NCBI GenBank assembly: GCA_023253325.1 | Contig: JALRGY010000003.1 | Location: 1 to 59,128, forward strand | Direction of reading: 5' to 3' | Length of the DNA stretch: 59,128 nucleotides | DNA from: Candidatus Nanopelagicales bacterium | GTDB taxonomy: Bacteria > Actinomycetota > Actinomycetes > S36-B12 | In this document: positions 43,470-54,431 of the stretch, piece after piece | Numbering within the stretch: position 1 is the first letter of the stretch | Layout of the letters: the number at the start of each line of letters is the position of its first letter | Program-made: the position numbers and the translations under genes | Notes under the pieces: model-generated | Told to the model about the DNA's origin: nothing | The model's input: only the letters and a program-made list of their open reading frames with translations | Database searches by the model: none

Positions 43470-45497
43470 TCAGTCTAATACGGGGTGCAGCCCAGCACTC
43501 ACAATTGATTGCAGTTCCGCTTCATCAACAGTGTGACCCACATACTTGGATGCATTGGTCAGCACTTTCTCTTTAGCCTTATCGATGTCCTGACCTGGTT
43601 TTGCCTCTGCAGAAGTCCAATCGCGATACAACTCCCACGCAAGTTCGCGCTGACGGAGCGCGCGATTCATGCGCTCCATGGACACGTCGTCCACCGGAAG
43701 ACCCCAAGTTTTGCTAATCGCGGTTGGGAGGACCATGCGGTAGTCGTGACCGCCTTCAGCGAAAGTTCCAGGCGTGGGCACAAGGGCATTCATCATGTCC
43801 AAGAAAGTCATGAGGAATGTGGTGAATGGAACCCAGGTTGTCCAAACAGGTGTGCCCAAAGGACGTATTTCTTGTGGGCCAAGCCAATCTGGCCTTCGCC
43901 ACAGCACCTGTGAGCCAAACTTTGGAATTGGGTCGTCGCCGTTCATCAACAACAAGAACCGCACCTTGTCCCGCTCCGCGGCGGGAAGTTCGTTCCAGTC
44001 TTTGAGGTTTCGCGGCAGGAAGATATTGCCCGGTCCCACCTCAGGGGCTTGAGCGATGGTCCGCGTTCCCCACAACTGCTTGCGCCATTTGGTCGCAGAC
44101 GGTGTACCGATCCACAGCGCCGCCTCAAGGCCCGTGCCTTGGAGTCCCATGGTCCCCAGCCCGGTGAACATTTCTTCACTGACCTGAGATCCGAGACTCT
44201 CGCCAAAGAGGAAGAAGCGTGGACGTTTGTCCTCTGGCATTGCCATAAGTCGTTCAACGATTCCCTGGACGACCATGCGGGTCTGTTCAGTGCCTTCATC
44301 TACTCGAGTTAAGGACAGCGCGGAAGGCAACACCGAATATTGAATTGCTGCGGATGCGCAATCCCCACCCATGAGGTATTCAAAAGTTTCGTTGGCAACG
44401 TAATTGACGTAGCCCGAACCAGTGGGCGAAAACAAAGCGAACGCCTTTCGATTCAAAGCACCGGTTCGGTCGATCTCATTAAGCAAAACCTGAGCACGTT
44501 GTTCCTCACCTGATGCAATTTCAAGTGAGCCATAAACACGAATGGGTTGCATGGCGTTATCAATTTGCATAACACTGTTAATCGTCTCGGGTCTCAGCGC
44601 CATGCTCAACCAACGCGCGCCTTCACGGGTTTGCTTATTCCACGGCAATCCAGATGCCGGTGATCCCGTGATCTCAGGAGCCTCCGGTGGTGTCATGAGA
44701 CCTGGCTCAATGCCTCCACCACCTTTGCTGAGCCAAGTGTCGACCTGGCTTACCGCAAACCAACCTGCGCCCGCGAAAATTGCAAGGCTGGTCATTCGGC
44801 CGAGGGCTCGATGATCCTGCGGCTGACCACCCAACACGATGCTTGCTCCGTGCGCGAGGGCATTGGTCAAAGCCGACTCCGCATAGGAGAGTCCAAGAGT
44901 CGTGGCAGCAACGCCAACGCCAATTCCTGCCGCCTTCGCGGGGGTGACCTCGCGGGCCTGGTCTTCAAAGAAGTACTTGCCACCCACTTCGATCGCACCT
45001 TCCACATTGCCATAGGTGGCCGAGCCAGGCAGCGATCTCCAGGGCTGAGTAGAAGCCCAGGCTGCAGCCCCCACGGCTACGGCAGCGATTATTTGCTTGC
45101 GACCTGGACCCGCGTTGAAATTCTTATTCGTTGCTGTTGCGAGTGCGCTGGCGCCCGCGGTGGTGACCATTCCGTGTGCCACAAGTCGTCCAATGGCTCG
45201 GATGTCTGGCTCATGCTCGCGCCATTTGAGGGCATATGCAGCTCCCAGACCAACTGCGGCAGAAGCTCCCGCAACCACCAAACGAGATGTGGCAGACGGC
45301 TCATCGGTTCGGCCAAGACGCGATGCCGTAGCAGCTAGCAGTGAATCTGCGGCGCTGAAGATTTGGTAGGCGATACCCGAGGAAGTCCCCGTGATGATTG
45401 CCTGATCAGTTGACCCCCTGGTCAAAAGGTTCGGTTGAAAGGATCGACCAATGGCAAATGCCGCCCCGATAATTCCTGCGCTCGCGGACCTATCCAT
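43470..45497 (-). CDS. membrane-anchored alpha/beta hydrolase family protein (Abhydrolase_9-like)
   Basis: The N-terminal about 270 aa contains several TM helices. The C-terminal domain has the nucleophile elbow FGESLGS. 675 aa. Confidence 0.65.
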   Translation of the reverse strand: MDRSASAGIIGAAFAIGRSFQPNLLTRGSTDQAIITGTSSGIAYQIFSAADSLLAATASRLGRTDEPSATSRLVVAGASAAVGLGAAYALKWREHEPDIRAIGRLVAHGMVTTAGASALATATNKNFNAGPGRKQIIAAVAVGAAAWASTQPWRSLPGSATYGNVEGAIEVGGKYFFEDQAREVTPAKAAGIGVGVAATTLGLSYAESALTNALAHGASIVLGGQPQDHRALGRMTSLAIFAGAGWFAVSQVDTWLSKGGGGIEPGLMTPPEAPEITGSPASGLPWNKQTREGARWLSMALRPETINSVMQIDNAMQPIRVYGSLEIASGEEQRAQVLLNEIDRTGALNRKAFALFSPTGSGYVNYVANETFEYLMGGDCASAAIQYSVLPSALSLTRVDEGTEQTRMVVQGIVERLMAMPEDKRPRFFLFGESLGSQVSEEMFTGLGTMGLQGTGLEAALWIGTPSATKWRKQLWGTRTIAQAPEVGPGNIFLPRNLKDWNELPAAERDKVRFLLLMNGDDPIPKFGSQVLWRRPDWLGPQEIRPLGTPVWTTWVPFTTFLMTFLDMMNALVPTPGTFAEGGHDYRMVLPTAISKTWGLPVDDVSMERMNRALRQRELAWELYRDWTSAEAKPGQDIDKAKEKVLTNASKYVGHTVDEAELQSIVSAGLHPVLD

Positions 45498-45558
45498 GTT
45501 CGTACCCTATCTTTCAAAGTGCTCCCAAACTTTGGAGCGATGTCCAAATATTCGGGCC

Positions 45559-45849
45559 CTATCCGAGTGAATCGAGATAGGCATCAAGCCTGTCTTGATC
45601 CCACTCTGCATCAAGTACTTGTGATCTTTGCTGCGAGGCCTCAATGGGATCTCCTTCATATTCCTCCCATGGAGATCGGGTCCATCCTGCGAGATAATCA
45701 TCGGAGCTGGACTCTCCCAGCCTCATGGCTGCCTCGTCGATTGCCTCTTGGAATCTCTGGGGCAACTGCACCTTGGCAACTTCCTCACCAGCGCGAGCCG
45801 CAACCATGGAAGGGATTTCACGCCAATAGGTCACTTGGATTTCGGTCAT
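45559..45849 (-). CDS. small conserved-looking acidic protein (96 aa), translationally coupled to fdsD
   Basis: ATGA overlap with the fdsD stop. The N-terminus VTYWREIPSMV resembles the small, poorly characterised family annotated as virulence factor domain. That assignment is from memory and is uncertain. Confidence 0.5.
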   Translation of the reverse strand: MTEIQVTYWREIPSMVAARAGEEVAKVQLPQRFQEAIDEAAMRLGESSSDDYLAGWTRSPWEEYEGDPIEASQQRSQVLDAEWDQDRLDAYLDSLG

Positions 45850-46070
45850 TTCTCCTCTTTCTGCTTCAGGTACTTCAAAGCCCCTCGAACTTCCGCCGAG
45901 GCCTCTTGGGGGTGGTTGCCAACATAAGCATCCAACTGGGCGATCATGGATGGCGCCCAGAAAGTGCGCAAGTGATCTCCAACAGCTTGAGTGACATGAG
46001 ACCTGTCAGGAATATTGCGAGCTATCTGTTCAACCATTTTGATCAAAGTTTGATTGTCGCCAGCGCTCAC
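45846..46070 (-). CDS. fdsD: NAD-dependent formate dehydrogenase delta subunit
   Basis: MVEQIARNI...VGDHLRTFWAPSM resembles FdsD (ANQIA..F...HI..FWEPRM). The GTG start overlaps the fdsA stop (GTGA). The ORF-track start is 46130. Confidence 0.7.
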   Translation of the reverse strand: MSAGDNQTLIKMVEQIARNIPDRSHVTQAVGDHLRTFWAPSMIAQLDAYVGNHPQEASAEVRGALKYLKQKEEK

Positions 46071-48844
46071 GCTTTCACCGCATGACTGGAAGGTTGCACT
46101 TGGACCGCAGTGACCTTGTATTCCGGACAATTAGTCGCCCAATCGGAGTTATCAGTGGTAATGACGTTTGCCCCACTAACGGGGTAATGGAAAGTGGTAA
46201 ATACAACTCCAGCCGGAACTTGATCAGTGATGCGAGCGCGCAGTTGAGTCGCGCCAACTCGGCTGGAGACCTCGACCCAGGAACCATCAGTGATCCCGCG
46301 CTCAAGAGCATCCGACTCATGAATATCTAACACGTCTTCCTGATGCCACACGACATTGTTGGTGCGTCGAGTTTGAGCACCAACGTTGTACTGACTCAAA
46401 ATCCGACCGGTCGTGAGCAGCAATGGATACTTGCGGGTGCTTTTTTCATCGGTCGGGACGTATGGGGTAGTGATGAATTGGCCCTCACCACGCACAAATT
46501 TTTCCACGTGCATGATGGGCGTGCCATCTGGTGCATTGTCGTTACACGGCCATTGCACACTGCCCACCGCATCGAGTTTGGCAAATGAAACGCCAGCGAA
46601 TGTAGGTGTGACAGTCGCAATTTCATCCATGATCTGAGCTGCATCGGAATAATGCATGTCATAACCCATTGCTTGAGCCAATGCGCAGGTCACTTCCCAC
46701 TCGGCCATTCCTGTTTGCGTTGGCATCACTGGCCGCACTCGATTTATGCGGCGTTCGGCATTGGTGAACGTTCCATCCTTTTCCAAGAATGATGTGCCCG
46801 GGAGGAAAACATGCGCATACTTCGCCGTTTCGTTCAAGAATAAGTCTTGAACGATGACCATGTCCATGGCAGAGAGTGCAGCCGTTACATGCTCGGTGTT
46901 CGGATCAGACTGAGCAATGTCCTCACCCTGAATGTAGATTCCGCGGAATGACTTGGAGAGTGCAGCATCAAGCATGTTGGGGATTCGCAAGCCCGGTTCG
47001 GCTCGCATGTCGGTCCCCCAAAGTGATGCAAACAACTCTCTGGTGGACTCGTCTGACACGTGTCGATAGCCACTGAACTCGTGTGGAAAGGACCCCATGT
47101 CACATGAGCCCTGAACATTATTTTGGCCTCGCAGCGGATTGACACCAACTCCTGCTCGGCCAATGTTTCCCGTTGCCATGGCAAGGTTCGCCATCGCCAT
47201 CACCATGGTCGAACCTTGGGAATGTTCCGTGACGCCGAGACCGTAATAGATTGCAGCGTTCGGCGCGGACGCGAATAGGTGCGCAGCAGCCCGAAGCTCC
47301 TGGGCACTCACACCCGTAATCGACTGCAAGGTCTCCGGACTGTTTTCCGGGAGAGAGATGAAGTCCTGCCACGCATTGAACGACACCATGTCACAACGGT
47401 CCTCGACGAACCCTTTGTCTACCAACCCTTCCGTGACCACGACATGGCCCATGGCGTTGACTATCGCGACATTCGTTCCGGGGCGTAGTTGCAAGTGATG
47501 CGCAGCCTTGATGTGCGGCGTTTCCACCAGAGCGATTTTGCGTGGATCAACCACTACCAGTTGTGCGCCCTTGCGAAGCGCTTGCTTCATGCGCGAAGCA
47601 AATACCGGGTGCGCATCGGTCGGGTTCGCACCGATAAGCAGAATGACGTCAGACTGCTCCACCGACTGGAAGTCTTGAGTCCCTGCGCTCGTGCCAAAAG
47701 TTTGCTTCAAGCCATAGCCAGTTGGAGAGTGACATACGCGAGCACAGGTATCAACATTGTTGTTGCCGAATCCTGCCCGGACCAATTTCTGGACTACATA
47801 CACTTCCTCGTTGGTGCAACGAGATGATGTAATTCCTCCAATTGCATCGATTCCGGACTCCGCTTGTATTGCTTTGAGCCCTCGAGATGCAAAATCAATT
47901 GCCTCCTGCCAGGAAACAACTTTCCAAGCATCGGTGATGCGATCACGGATCATGGGCTCTGTGACTCGATCGGCATGCGAGGCGTATCCCCAGGCGAATC
48001 GACCCTTGACGCATGAGTGTCCCTCGTTCGCTCCACCGTTTTTGTCAGGAACCATGCGCACGAGTTCATTGCCTCGGAGTTCGGCGATGAAAGAGCAGCC
48101 CACACCACAATAGGCACAGGTGGTTTTTACTTGGCGAGTTGGAACGCCTAGTTCAATAACTGTTTTTTCCTGCAGAGTGGATGTGGGACACGCCTGAACA
48201 CACGCACCACATGACACGCATTCACTATCAATAAATTTCAGACCCTCGCTCGCGGAGACCTTGGAGTCAAATCCACGACCAGAAATGGTCAAAGCAAATG
48301 TTCCTTGGATTTCATCGCAGGCGCGAACGCATCGACTGCAAGCAATGCACTTTGACTCATCAAACGAGAAATAGGGATTGGAGTCATCGGTTGGTGCAGC
48401 CAAGTGGTTATGGCCCTCGAAGCCGTATCGGACATCGCGCAATCCAACAACGCCGGCCATGTCTTGCAGTTCACAGTCCCCGTTGGCAGGACATGTCAGG
48501 CAATCAAGTGGATGGTCAGAGATGTACAGCTCCATGACGCCCTTGCGCAGCTTGTCCAATCGTGGCGACTGAGTAGTAACAGACATTCCCGGCTCACACG
48601 GAGTTGTGCATGATGCAGGCGTCCCCTTGCGCCCATCAATTTCAACCAAACACAGCCGGCAAGAGCCGAATGGATCGAGGGAATCGGTCGCACAAAGCTT
48701 GGGAACACTCTTGCCCGCGAGGGCGGCAGCGCGCATGACTGACGTTCCTGATGGGATCTCCACCTGCTGACCATCGATGGTGACCTGCACCGTCTCCTGT
48801 GAATCAACCTCAGGCGTGCCTAGGTCGGAAGTGGTGATACTCAT
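46067..48844 (-). CDS. fdsA: NAD-dependent formate dehydrogenase alpha subunit (molybdopterin, Fe-S)
   Basis: N-terminal 2Fe-2S and 4Fe-4S Cys clusters, molybdopterin oxidoreductase domains, and an active-site segment ARVCHSPTGYG (Cys, not Sec). 925 aa. Confidence 0.92.
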   Translation of the reverse strand: MSITTSDLGTPEVDSQETVQVTIDGQQVEIPSGTSVMRAAALAGKSVPKLCATDSLDPFGSCRLCLVEIDGRKGTPASCTTPCEPGMSVTTQSPRLDKLRKGVMELYISDHPLDCLTCPANGDCELQDMAGVVGLRDVRYGFEGHNHLAAPTDDSNPYFSFDESKCIACSRCVRACDEIQGTFALTISGRGFDSKVSASEGLKFIDSECVSCGACVQACPTSTLQEKTVIELGVPTRQVKTTCAYCGVGCSFIAELRGNELVRMVPDKNGGANEGHSCVKGRFAWGYASHADRVTEPMIRDRITDAWKVVSWQEAIDFASRGLKAIQAESGIDAIGGITSSRCTNEEVYVVQKLVRAGFGNNNVDTCARVCHSPTGYGLKQTFGTSAGTQDFQSVEQSDVILLIGANPTDAHPVFASRMKQALRKGAQLVVVDPRKIALVETPHIKAAHHLQLRPGTNVAIVNAMGHVVVTEGLVDKGFVEDRCDMVSFNAWQDFISLPENSPETLQSITGVSAQELRAAAHLFASAPNAAIYYGLGVTEHSQGSTMVMAMANLAMATGNIGRAGVGVNPLRGQNNVQGSCDMGSFPHEFSGYRHVSDESTRELFASLWGTDMRAEPGLRIPNMLDAALSKSFRGIYIQGEDIAQSDPNTEHVTAALSAMDMVIVQDLFLNETAKYAHVFLPGTSFLEKDGTFTNAERRINRVRPVMPTQTGMAEWEVTCALAQAMGYDMHYSDAAQIMDEIATVTPTFAGVSFAKLDAVGSVQWPCNDNAPDGTPIMHVEKFVRGEGQFITTPYVPTDEKSTRKYPLLLTTGRILSQYNVGAQTRRTNNVVWHQEDVLDIHESDALERGITDGSWVEVSSRVGATQLRARITDQVPAGVVFTTFHYPVSGANVITTDNSDWATNCPEYKVTAVQVQPSSHAVKA

Positions 48845-50400
48845 GCCCGTTCCTTCCCTGCTGGCTCAAAATCTGATCGGAATTTGTGGAGTGCACTCAG
48901 GACAGGTAAAGGAGTAAGCCCGCCCATTGCGCACAAAGATCCATCCCTCATAACTTCACATAGATCTTCCAATAATTCAATATTCTCTGCTCTATCGTGC
49001 CCACTAATAATCAGGTCAATGACTTCAGAGCCACGAGTTGACCCAATTCGACACGGCGTGCACTTGCCACAGGACTCTTCAGCGCAAAATTCCATGGCGA
49101 ACTTTGCTTGACGAGACATGTCCACGGTGTCATCGAAAACGACGACGCCTCCATGGCCCAGCATCCCGCCGATCTCTAGAAGTGATTCGTAATCTGCCGA
49201 AGTGTCCAATTCGGCTTCATTGAGATAAGCCCCGAGAGGGCCGCCAACCTGCACCGCGCGAATGGGGCGACCAGAAAGAGTAGATGCGCCATAACCGTCA
49301 ATGAGTTCGCGCAATGTGATGCCAAACCCCGTTTCAACGATGCCCCCCTGCGCAATATTCCCTGCGAGCTGAAAGACCGAGGTGCCTCGTGATCGACCTG
49401 TGCCTAGTTCAGCGTAGGCACCTGCACCCTTGGCCAGGATTGCTGGAACGCTGCCAATAGAAATGACATTGTTAATGACAGTGGGAACCCCAAAAAGTCC
49501 TTCGAGTGCAGGAAGCGGTGGCTTCGGTCGAACCATCCCGCGCTTGCCTTCCAAGCTATCCAACATGGCGGTTTCTTCACCACAGACATAGGAGCCGGCT
49601 CCGACCCTCACGTGCACGTCGAATGAGAAGTCTGAATCAAGTATGGATTGACCGAGCCAGCCCAATGCGCGAGCTGCGTCAATTGCCTGCTGCATAGAGT
49701 GAATGGCAGAGGGATACTCACTCCTTATGTAGATGTATCCCGTGTCAGCCCCGACCGCGAATCCAGCAATGATCATTCCCTCCAGCAGAGTGAATGGGTC
49801 CCCTTCCATCAACATGCGATCCGCAAAAGTTCCACTGTCGCCTTCATCGGCGTTCACGCACACGTATTTATGCAACGGAGAACCCAGTGGATCTCCTGAA
49901 TGCACTGCCGCCTGAGCATCAGCGACAGTTTTCCACTTAACGCCCGTGGGGAAACCTGCCCCGCCACGGCCCCGAAGACCCGACTCGGTCACCTGAGTGA
50001 TGGTTGCCTCTGGCCCAATCTGGAGTGCGGTTCTCAAACCATTGAGGCCCCCGTGTGCAAGAAAATCGTCGCTCGACGTTGGGTCAATGATTCCCACGCG
50101 CTCAAAGGTCCACCGCTGTTGATTTTTTAACCATGTCAACTCATGAGTTATTCCAAGATAGGAAGGAGATGATGCAAAGTCTCCTGAAAGGTTGAGTGCG
50201 TCAACATCCTCTGGTTGAACCGACCCGAATGCATGACGAGCTCCACCTACTTCAATTTCAACGAGTGGCTCGAGCCAGAGCATTCCACGCGAGCCATTGC
50301 GCACGATGACCGCTTGAGGGTGCGCCTTTTGCAGCGCCGCCGCAACCCTGTCCGCTCCAACAGAAACTGCGGCACTATCGCGTGGAACAAATATTTTCAT
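48841..50400 (-). CDS. fdsB: formate dehydrogenase beta subunit (NuoF-like, FMN/NAD/4Fe-4S)
   Basis: GLRGRGGAGFPTG, NADEGDSGTF, and the C-terminal ESCGKCTPCR cluster motif. Confidence 0.92.
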   Translation of the reverse strand: MKIFVPRDSAAVSVGADRVAAALQKAHPQAVIVRNGSRGMLWLEPLVEIEVGGARHAFGSVQPEDVDALNLSGDFASSPSYLGITHELTWLKNQQRWTFERVGIIDPTSSDDFLAHGGLNGLRTALQIGPEATITQVTESGLRGRGGAGFPTGVKWKTVADAQAAVHSGDPLGSPLHKYVCVNADEGDSGTFADRMLMEGDPFTLLEGMIIAGFAVGADTGYIYIRSEYPSAIHSMQQAIDAARALGWLGQSILDSDFSFDVHVRVGAGSYVCGEETAMLDSLEGKRGMVRPKPPLPALEGLFGVPTVINNVISIGSVPAILAKGAGAYAELGTGRSRGTSVFQLAGNIAQGGIVETGFGITLRELIDGYGASTLSGRPIRAVQVGGPLGAYLNEAELDTSADYESLLEIGGMLGHGGVVVFDDTVDMSRQAKFAMEFCAEESCGKCTPCRIGSTRGSEVIDLIISGHDRAENIELLEDLCEVMRDGSLCAMGGLTPLPVLSALHKFRSDFEPAGKERA

Positions 50401-50888
50401 GATCCACCAACCATGCTGGAGACAAGCGACTCAATCTTTCGTGCCGTGGCACGCCCAAGGAGTTCGTTATTAACCATCACGGCAGGTCCCAGTGCACAAT
50501 TCCCCAGACAAAAGACCTCTTTCGTGGCGACACTTTCACCAGCGAATTCGCCAGCGCAAAGGTCTTTCCACTCACTTTCCAATTCCCGTGAGCCAACAGC
50601 CTGACAGGCCTCGGCTGCACACAAACGGACGGTAACTTGCGCAGGCGGCTCGGTCACAAGATCCGAGTAGTACGTCAGGACGCCAAAAGTTTCAGCTTTC
50701 GAAACATTGCATAGTCGAGCGATCACTGGAATCCCAGACTCGGGTACATAACCAAAATGTTCTTGGATTCTTTGCAAGCAACGCAATAGCGAACCGGGTT
50801 CCTGAGACAGTTGATCTAACAAGACCGTTATTTCCTGATCAAACTCCCCTTCTGGCAGGGCGACCTCTTCCTGTCTCTTCTTGGCCAT
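50397..50888 (-). CDS. fdsG: formate dehydrogenase gamma subunit (NuoE-like 2Fe-2S)
   Basis: Thioredoxin-like 2Fe-2S Cys pattern (CAAEAC...CLGNCALGP). I chose the start MAKKRQ, where the ATG overlaps the fdhD stop (TAATG). The ORF-track start is 50900. Confidence 0.88.
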   Translation of the reverse strand: MAKKRQEEVALPEGEFDQEITVLLDQLSQEPGSLLRCLQRIQEHFGYVPESGIPVIARLCNVSKAETFGVLTYYSDLVTEPPAQVTVRLCAAEACQAVGSRELESEWKDLCAGEFAGESVATKEVFCLGNCALGPAVMVNNELLGRATARKIESLVSSMVGGS

Positions 50889-51757
50889 TACGCCACCCAC
50901 TCCTGACCACTATAAACATTCATGCGACCTTCGCGGGCGAAACCAATGAGTAATTGATCATGTTCGCGGGCCAATTCTACCGCCAAACTTGTTGGACCCG
51001 ACACCGCAACAATGGCTCCAATGCATGCGGTTAACGCTTTGGCCACTATTTCGTATGAAACTCGACCACTCACCACGAGGACATGGTCTGTCAATGGCAG
51101 GAGGTTGCTGGTTAATGCGTGTCCAATAACTTTGTCCACTGCATTGTGTCGACCGACATCCTCGCGCACAAATAGAACTTCGTTGCCCGGACCAACCAGT
51201 GCGGCTGCATGAAGCGCACCGGTCATGTCGAACATTTTTTGACGCGATCGCATTTGCTCGACCATTTGTGATGCCTGACGTGGGTCGAATTTCCATTTTG
51301 GTCCATGCAATGGAGCCCAAGGCGGTGTGAATTCATCAAGGACATCAGCGCTGCACACACCACATGATGAAGATGTGATGTAAGCACGTGGCCTCGGTGG
51401 GATGACATTCTCGGCTAGCGTCACTCGCACGGTGTCAATCTCTGGATTCGTAATATCATCATGGTCAACTTCGTAGTCTGTCCCAACAGCACGTAATCGC
51501 GTTGACCCAGCGAATGCCCGCATGGTTGTGATCTGGTCTGGCATTCGTAATCCGGCTTCGCTTACCAGCCAACCTGCCGCCAAATCCAAGTCGTGCCCCG
51601 GTGTTCTCATTGTGGTTGCCAATACTTGTTCGCCCAACGCAATGGTGAGCGGCGCTTCAACAACAACACGATCAATTCGGTCCCCGCGCAGTGCACGCGC
51701 GCCTTCCTTCTCGCTCTCCCAGCGAAGAGTGGTGAAAGGGCGAGTAGTTTGTGACAT
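50888..51757 (-). CDS. fdhD: formate dehydrogenase accessory sulfurtransferase
   Basis: FdhD motifs (TPG.D.DLA.G, SSCGVCS, GRHNA.DK). Confidence 0.9.
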   Translation of the reverse strand: MSQTTRPFTTLRWESEKEGARALRGDRIDRVVVEAPLTIALGEQVLATTMRTPGHDLDLAAGWLVSEAGLRMPDQITTMRAFAGSTRLRAVGTDYEVDHDDITNPEIDTVRVTLAENVIPPRPRAYITSSSCGVCSADVLDEFTPPWAPLHGPKWKFDPRQASQMVEQMRSRQKMFDMTGALHAAALVGPGNEVLFVREDVGRHNAVDKVIGHALTSNLLPLTDHVLVVSGRVSYEIVAKALTACIGAIVAVSGPTSLAVELAREHDQLLIGFAREGRMNVYSGQEWVA

Positions 51758-51760
51758 GGT

Positions 51761-53443
51761 TTAAAACAATCCCACAATCGCTCCATCGACCAGGTCAATG
51801 CGCTCACTGGACGGCACTTTGGGGAGCCCTGGCATGGTCATGATGTCGCCACACACTGCGACGATGAAACCAGCGCCCGCCGAAAGTCGAACTTCTCGGA
51901 TATTGAGGCTGTGCCCCTCGGGTGCTCCCTTGAGCGCAGGGTCCGTTGAAAATGAATACTGCGTCTTTGCAATACACACGGGGAAGTCTCCATAGAGCTC
52001 CTGGAGCTCTTTGAGTTGGGCACGCACCTTGGCATCAGCCGTGACTTCACTAGCACCATAAATTGTGCTTGCTATGGCCGAAATTTTCTCAAGGAGCGTT
52101 AACTTGTCTTCATAAACGAATGATTCGTGCGGTTGTGTTGCAGGTCTGGCATCCGCATCACAGAGACCCGCGACAACGTCGGCTAATGCGGTTGCTCCTG
52201 CACCACCTTGAGCCCAATGCATTGAGACGACAATGGGGATTCCCATTGCCTCAACATGCGTGGTCAAAAGGTCAATTTCCGCTTGAGTGTCCGCGGTGAA
52301 ATGATTGATTGAGACAACAACCGGTAAGCCATAGTTGTTGCGAATATTGTCCAGGTGGCGGTCCAAGTTGGCGAACCCCAACTCAAGCGCCTCAAGGTTC
52401 TCTTCACTCAGATTCTTTGGATCCGCACCGCCATGAAATTTCAAAGCTCGGACGGTGGCAACGATGACGGCCGCGGACGGATGGATTCCTGCGGCCCTGC
52501 ACTTTATATCAATGAATTTCTCAGCGCCGAGGTCCGCACCAAAACCTGCCTCGGTAACAACGTAATCCGCCAGCTTCAACGCATTCGTCGTCGCGATTAC
52601 CGTGTTGCAGCCATGCGCGATGTTGGCAAATGGACCACCGTGCACAAACGCGGGTGTCCCTTCAAGAGTCTGAACAAGATTCGGTGCCAGTGCATTCTTG
52701 AGTAGCACGGTCATGGCACCTTGGGCATTGAGCTGACTTGCCGTCACTGGCTCTTTGCCCCTGGTGTAGCCCACAACAATGCGCCCAATGCGCTCGCGCA
52801 GGTCTTCTTCATCAGTTGCCAAACAGAAGATGGCCATGATTTCTGATGCAACAACGATGTCAAAGCCGTCCTGACGTGGAAAGCCATTCCCTGGACCACC
52901 CAAGCCAACGGTGATATCACGCAATGCTCGATCGTTCATGTCAAGCACGCGCTTCCAAGTGATTCGCCGAACATCGATACCGAGTGCATTTCCGTGATGA
53001 ATATGGTTATCAATCAATGCAGCGAGAAGGTTATTGGCCAGTCCAATTGCATTGAAGTCACCGGTGAAATGAAGGTTGATGTCTTCCATGGGTACGACCT
53101 GAGCGTAACCACCGCCTGCAGCCCCGCCCTTCATGCCAAAGACCGGGCCCAATGATGGTTCCCGCAGACACACCATGGTGTTCTTGCCAATCTTGCGCAG
53201 TCCATCACCCAGCCCGACAGTTGTTGTTGTCTTGCCTTCACCCGGAGGAGTTGGACTGATTGCCGTGACCAAAATCAATCGCGCGGTCTGGCGCTCCGGC
53301 AATGTTGCTAACCAGCCAAGATCGATTTTTGCTTTTGTCCGACCGTATGGCTCGACTGCGCTTTCTGGAATGTTGAGCTCAGCAGCGATCTCAGCAATGG
53401 GTCGCAGAGTTGCAGCTTGAGCGATATCAATATCACTGGGCAT
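51761..53443 (-). CDS. fhs: formate--tetrahydrofolate ligase
   Basis: [16 protein letters not shown]-loop and the FTHFS signature [14 protein letters not shown]. 560 aa. Confidence 0.95.
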   Translation of the reverse strand: MPSDIDIAQAATLRPIAEIAAELNIPESAVEPYGRTKAKIDLGWLATLPERQTARLILVTAISPTPPGEGKTTTTVGLGDGLRKIGKNTMVCLREPSLGPVFGMKGGAAGGGYAQVVPMEDINLHFTGDFNAIGLANNLLAALIDNHIHHGNALGIDVRRITWKRVLDMNDRALRDITVGLGGPGNGFPRQDGFDIVVASEIMAIFCLATDEEDLRERIGRIVVGYTRGKEPVTASQLNAQGAMTVLLKNALAPNLVQTLEGTPAFVHGGPFANIAHGCNTVIATTNALKLADYVVTEAGFGADLGAEKFIDIKCRAAGIHPSAAVIVATVRALKFHGGADPKNLSEENLEALELGFANLDRHLDNIRNNYGLPVVVSINHFTADTQAEIDLLTTHVEAMGIPIVVSMHWAQGGAGATALADVVAGLCDADARPATQPHESFVYEDKLTLLEKISAIASTIYGASEVTADAKVRAQLKELQELYGDFPVCIAKTQYSFSTDPALKGAPEGHSLNIREVRLSAGAGFIVAVCGDIMTMPGLPKVPSSERIDLVDGAIVGLF

Positions 53444-53471
53444 TAATTTTCCCGTTCCACTATATGGCTCA

Positions 53472-54431
53472 TCAGTTGGTTGCGGCTTTTAATTTTTCAA
53501 TGAAGAGCGGGAGGAACGTGTGAACATTGTCCACCACCATGTAGTCCGCGTATCCCATGATTGGAGCCTGCGAATCGGTATTGATTGCAATGAGTGTTTT
53601 CGCAGACTTGCAGCCGGCAATGTGCTGGGTTGCACCACTAATTCCGCAGGCAAGGTAAAGGTCGGGTGCCACTTTCGTGCCAGTCTGACCCACCTGTTCT
53701 GCATGCGGCCGCCAGCCCGCACTGGTCACCACGCGGGAGCAACCGACAGCACCGCCAATTGAGCCAGCGATTTCCTCCAACATGACGAATGCGTCAGGGC
53801 CATCCATGCCACGTCCACCGGAAACAACAACCTTGGCCTCAGCCAAGCCAACCCCGCCCGCGGATGAACCCACACGATCCTCGACACGAACGAGTACGTC
53901 ACCGTCGGCTAATTCGACATCGAATTCGCTCACGACAAGTGGGGAATCAGCAGGAATTGCTGCGAAAGCATGCGCCTGAACCGTTGCGATCAGCAGGCTT
54001 GATTTCACTGTTGCCTCATCGAGCAGGTTGCCTCCCCAGCGCGCACGCACGATTTCTGCGGTGTCACCGCTGGCAAGTTCAATGGAGACACACTCGCTCG
54101 CGAATGGTTCATCACGCATCGCTGCCAAATGACCGAGTACTTCATTTCCGCGTGGTGTTCCACCCGCTATCACCGCTCGGGGAGAATTGGCCGTCACGAG
54201 TGCATTCACAGCGCGCGCATGTGCGCGTGGAGTGAAGTCGAGCAGTTCGGGGTGATTGCCCACGTGAACGCTCACGGCACCAAACGCCGCGAGTTCGGTC
54301 GCAACGTCCTTGGCACCGTGACCAACGACTACTGCTTGCACATCTGCGTCCAGTGCCTTGGCAGCTGAGATTGCCTGCAGAGTTACTGGGTCGAGCTCTC
54401 CACGATCATGTTCTGCGTACACCAGGATCAT
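53472..54431 (-). CDS. etfA: electron transfer flavoprotein alpha subunit
   Basis: C-terminal FAD-binding motif (VGQTG..V.P.LY.A.GISGA.QH..G). Confidence 0.92.
   Translation of the reverse strand: MILVYAEHDRGELDPVTLQAISAAKALDADVQAVVVGHGAKDVATELAAFGAVSVHVGNHPELLDFTPRAHARAVNALVTANSPRAVIAGGTPRGNEVLGHLAAMRDEPFASECVSIELASGDTAEIVRARWGGNLLDEATVKSSLLIATVQAHAFAAIPADSPLVVSEFDVELADGDVLVRVEDRVGSSAGGVGLAEAKVVVSGGRGMDGPDAFVMLEEIAGSIGGAVGCSRVVTSAGWRPHAEQVGQTGTKVAPDLYLACGISGATQHIAGCKSAKTLIAINTDSQAPIMGYADYMVVDNVHTFLPLFIEKLKAATN

Noticed and set aside
46067-48844. Possible selenocysteine (in-frame TGA) in the formate dehydrogenase alpha subunit.
   Set aside because: The ORF is uninterrupted and the active-site position reads Cys (ARVCHSPTG). 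No SECIS-like recoding is needed.
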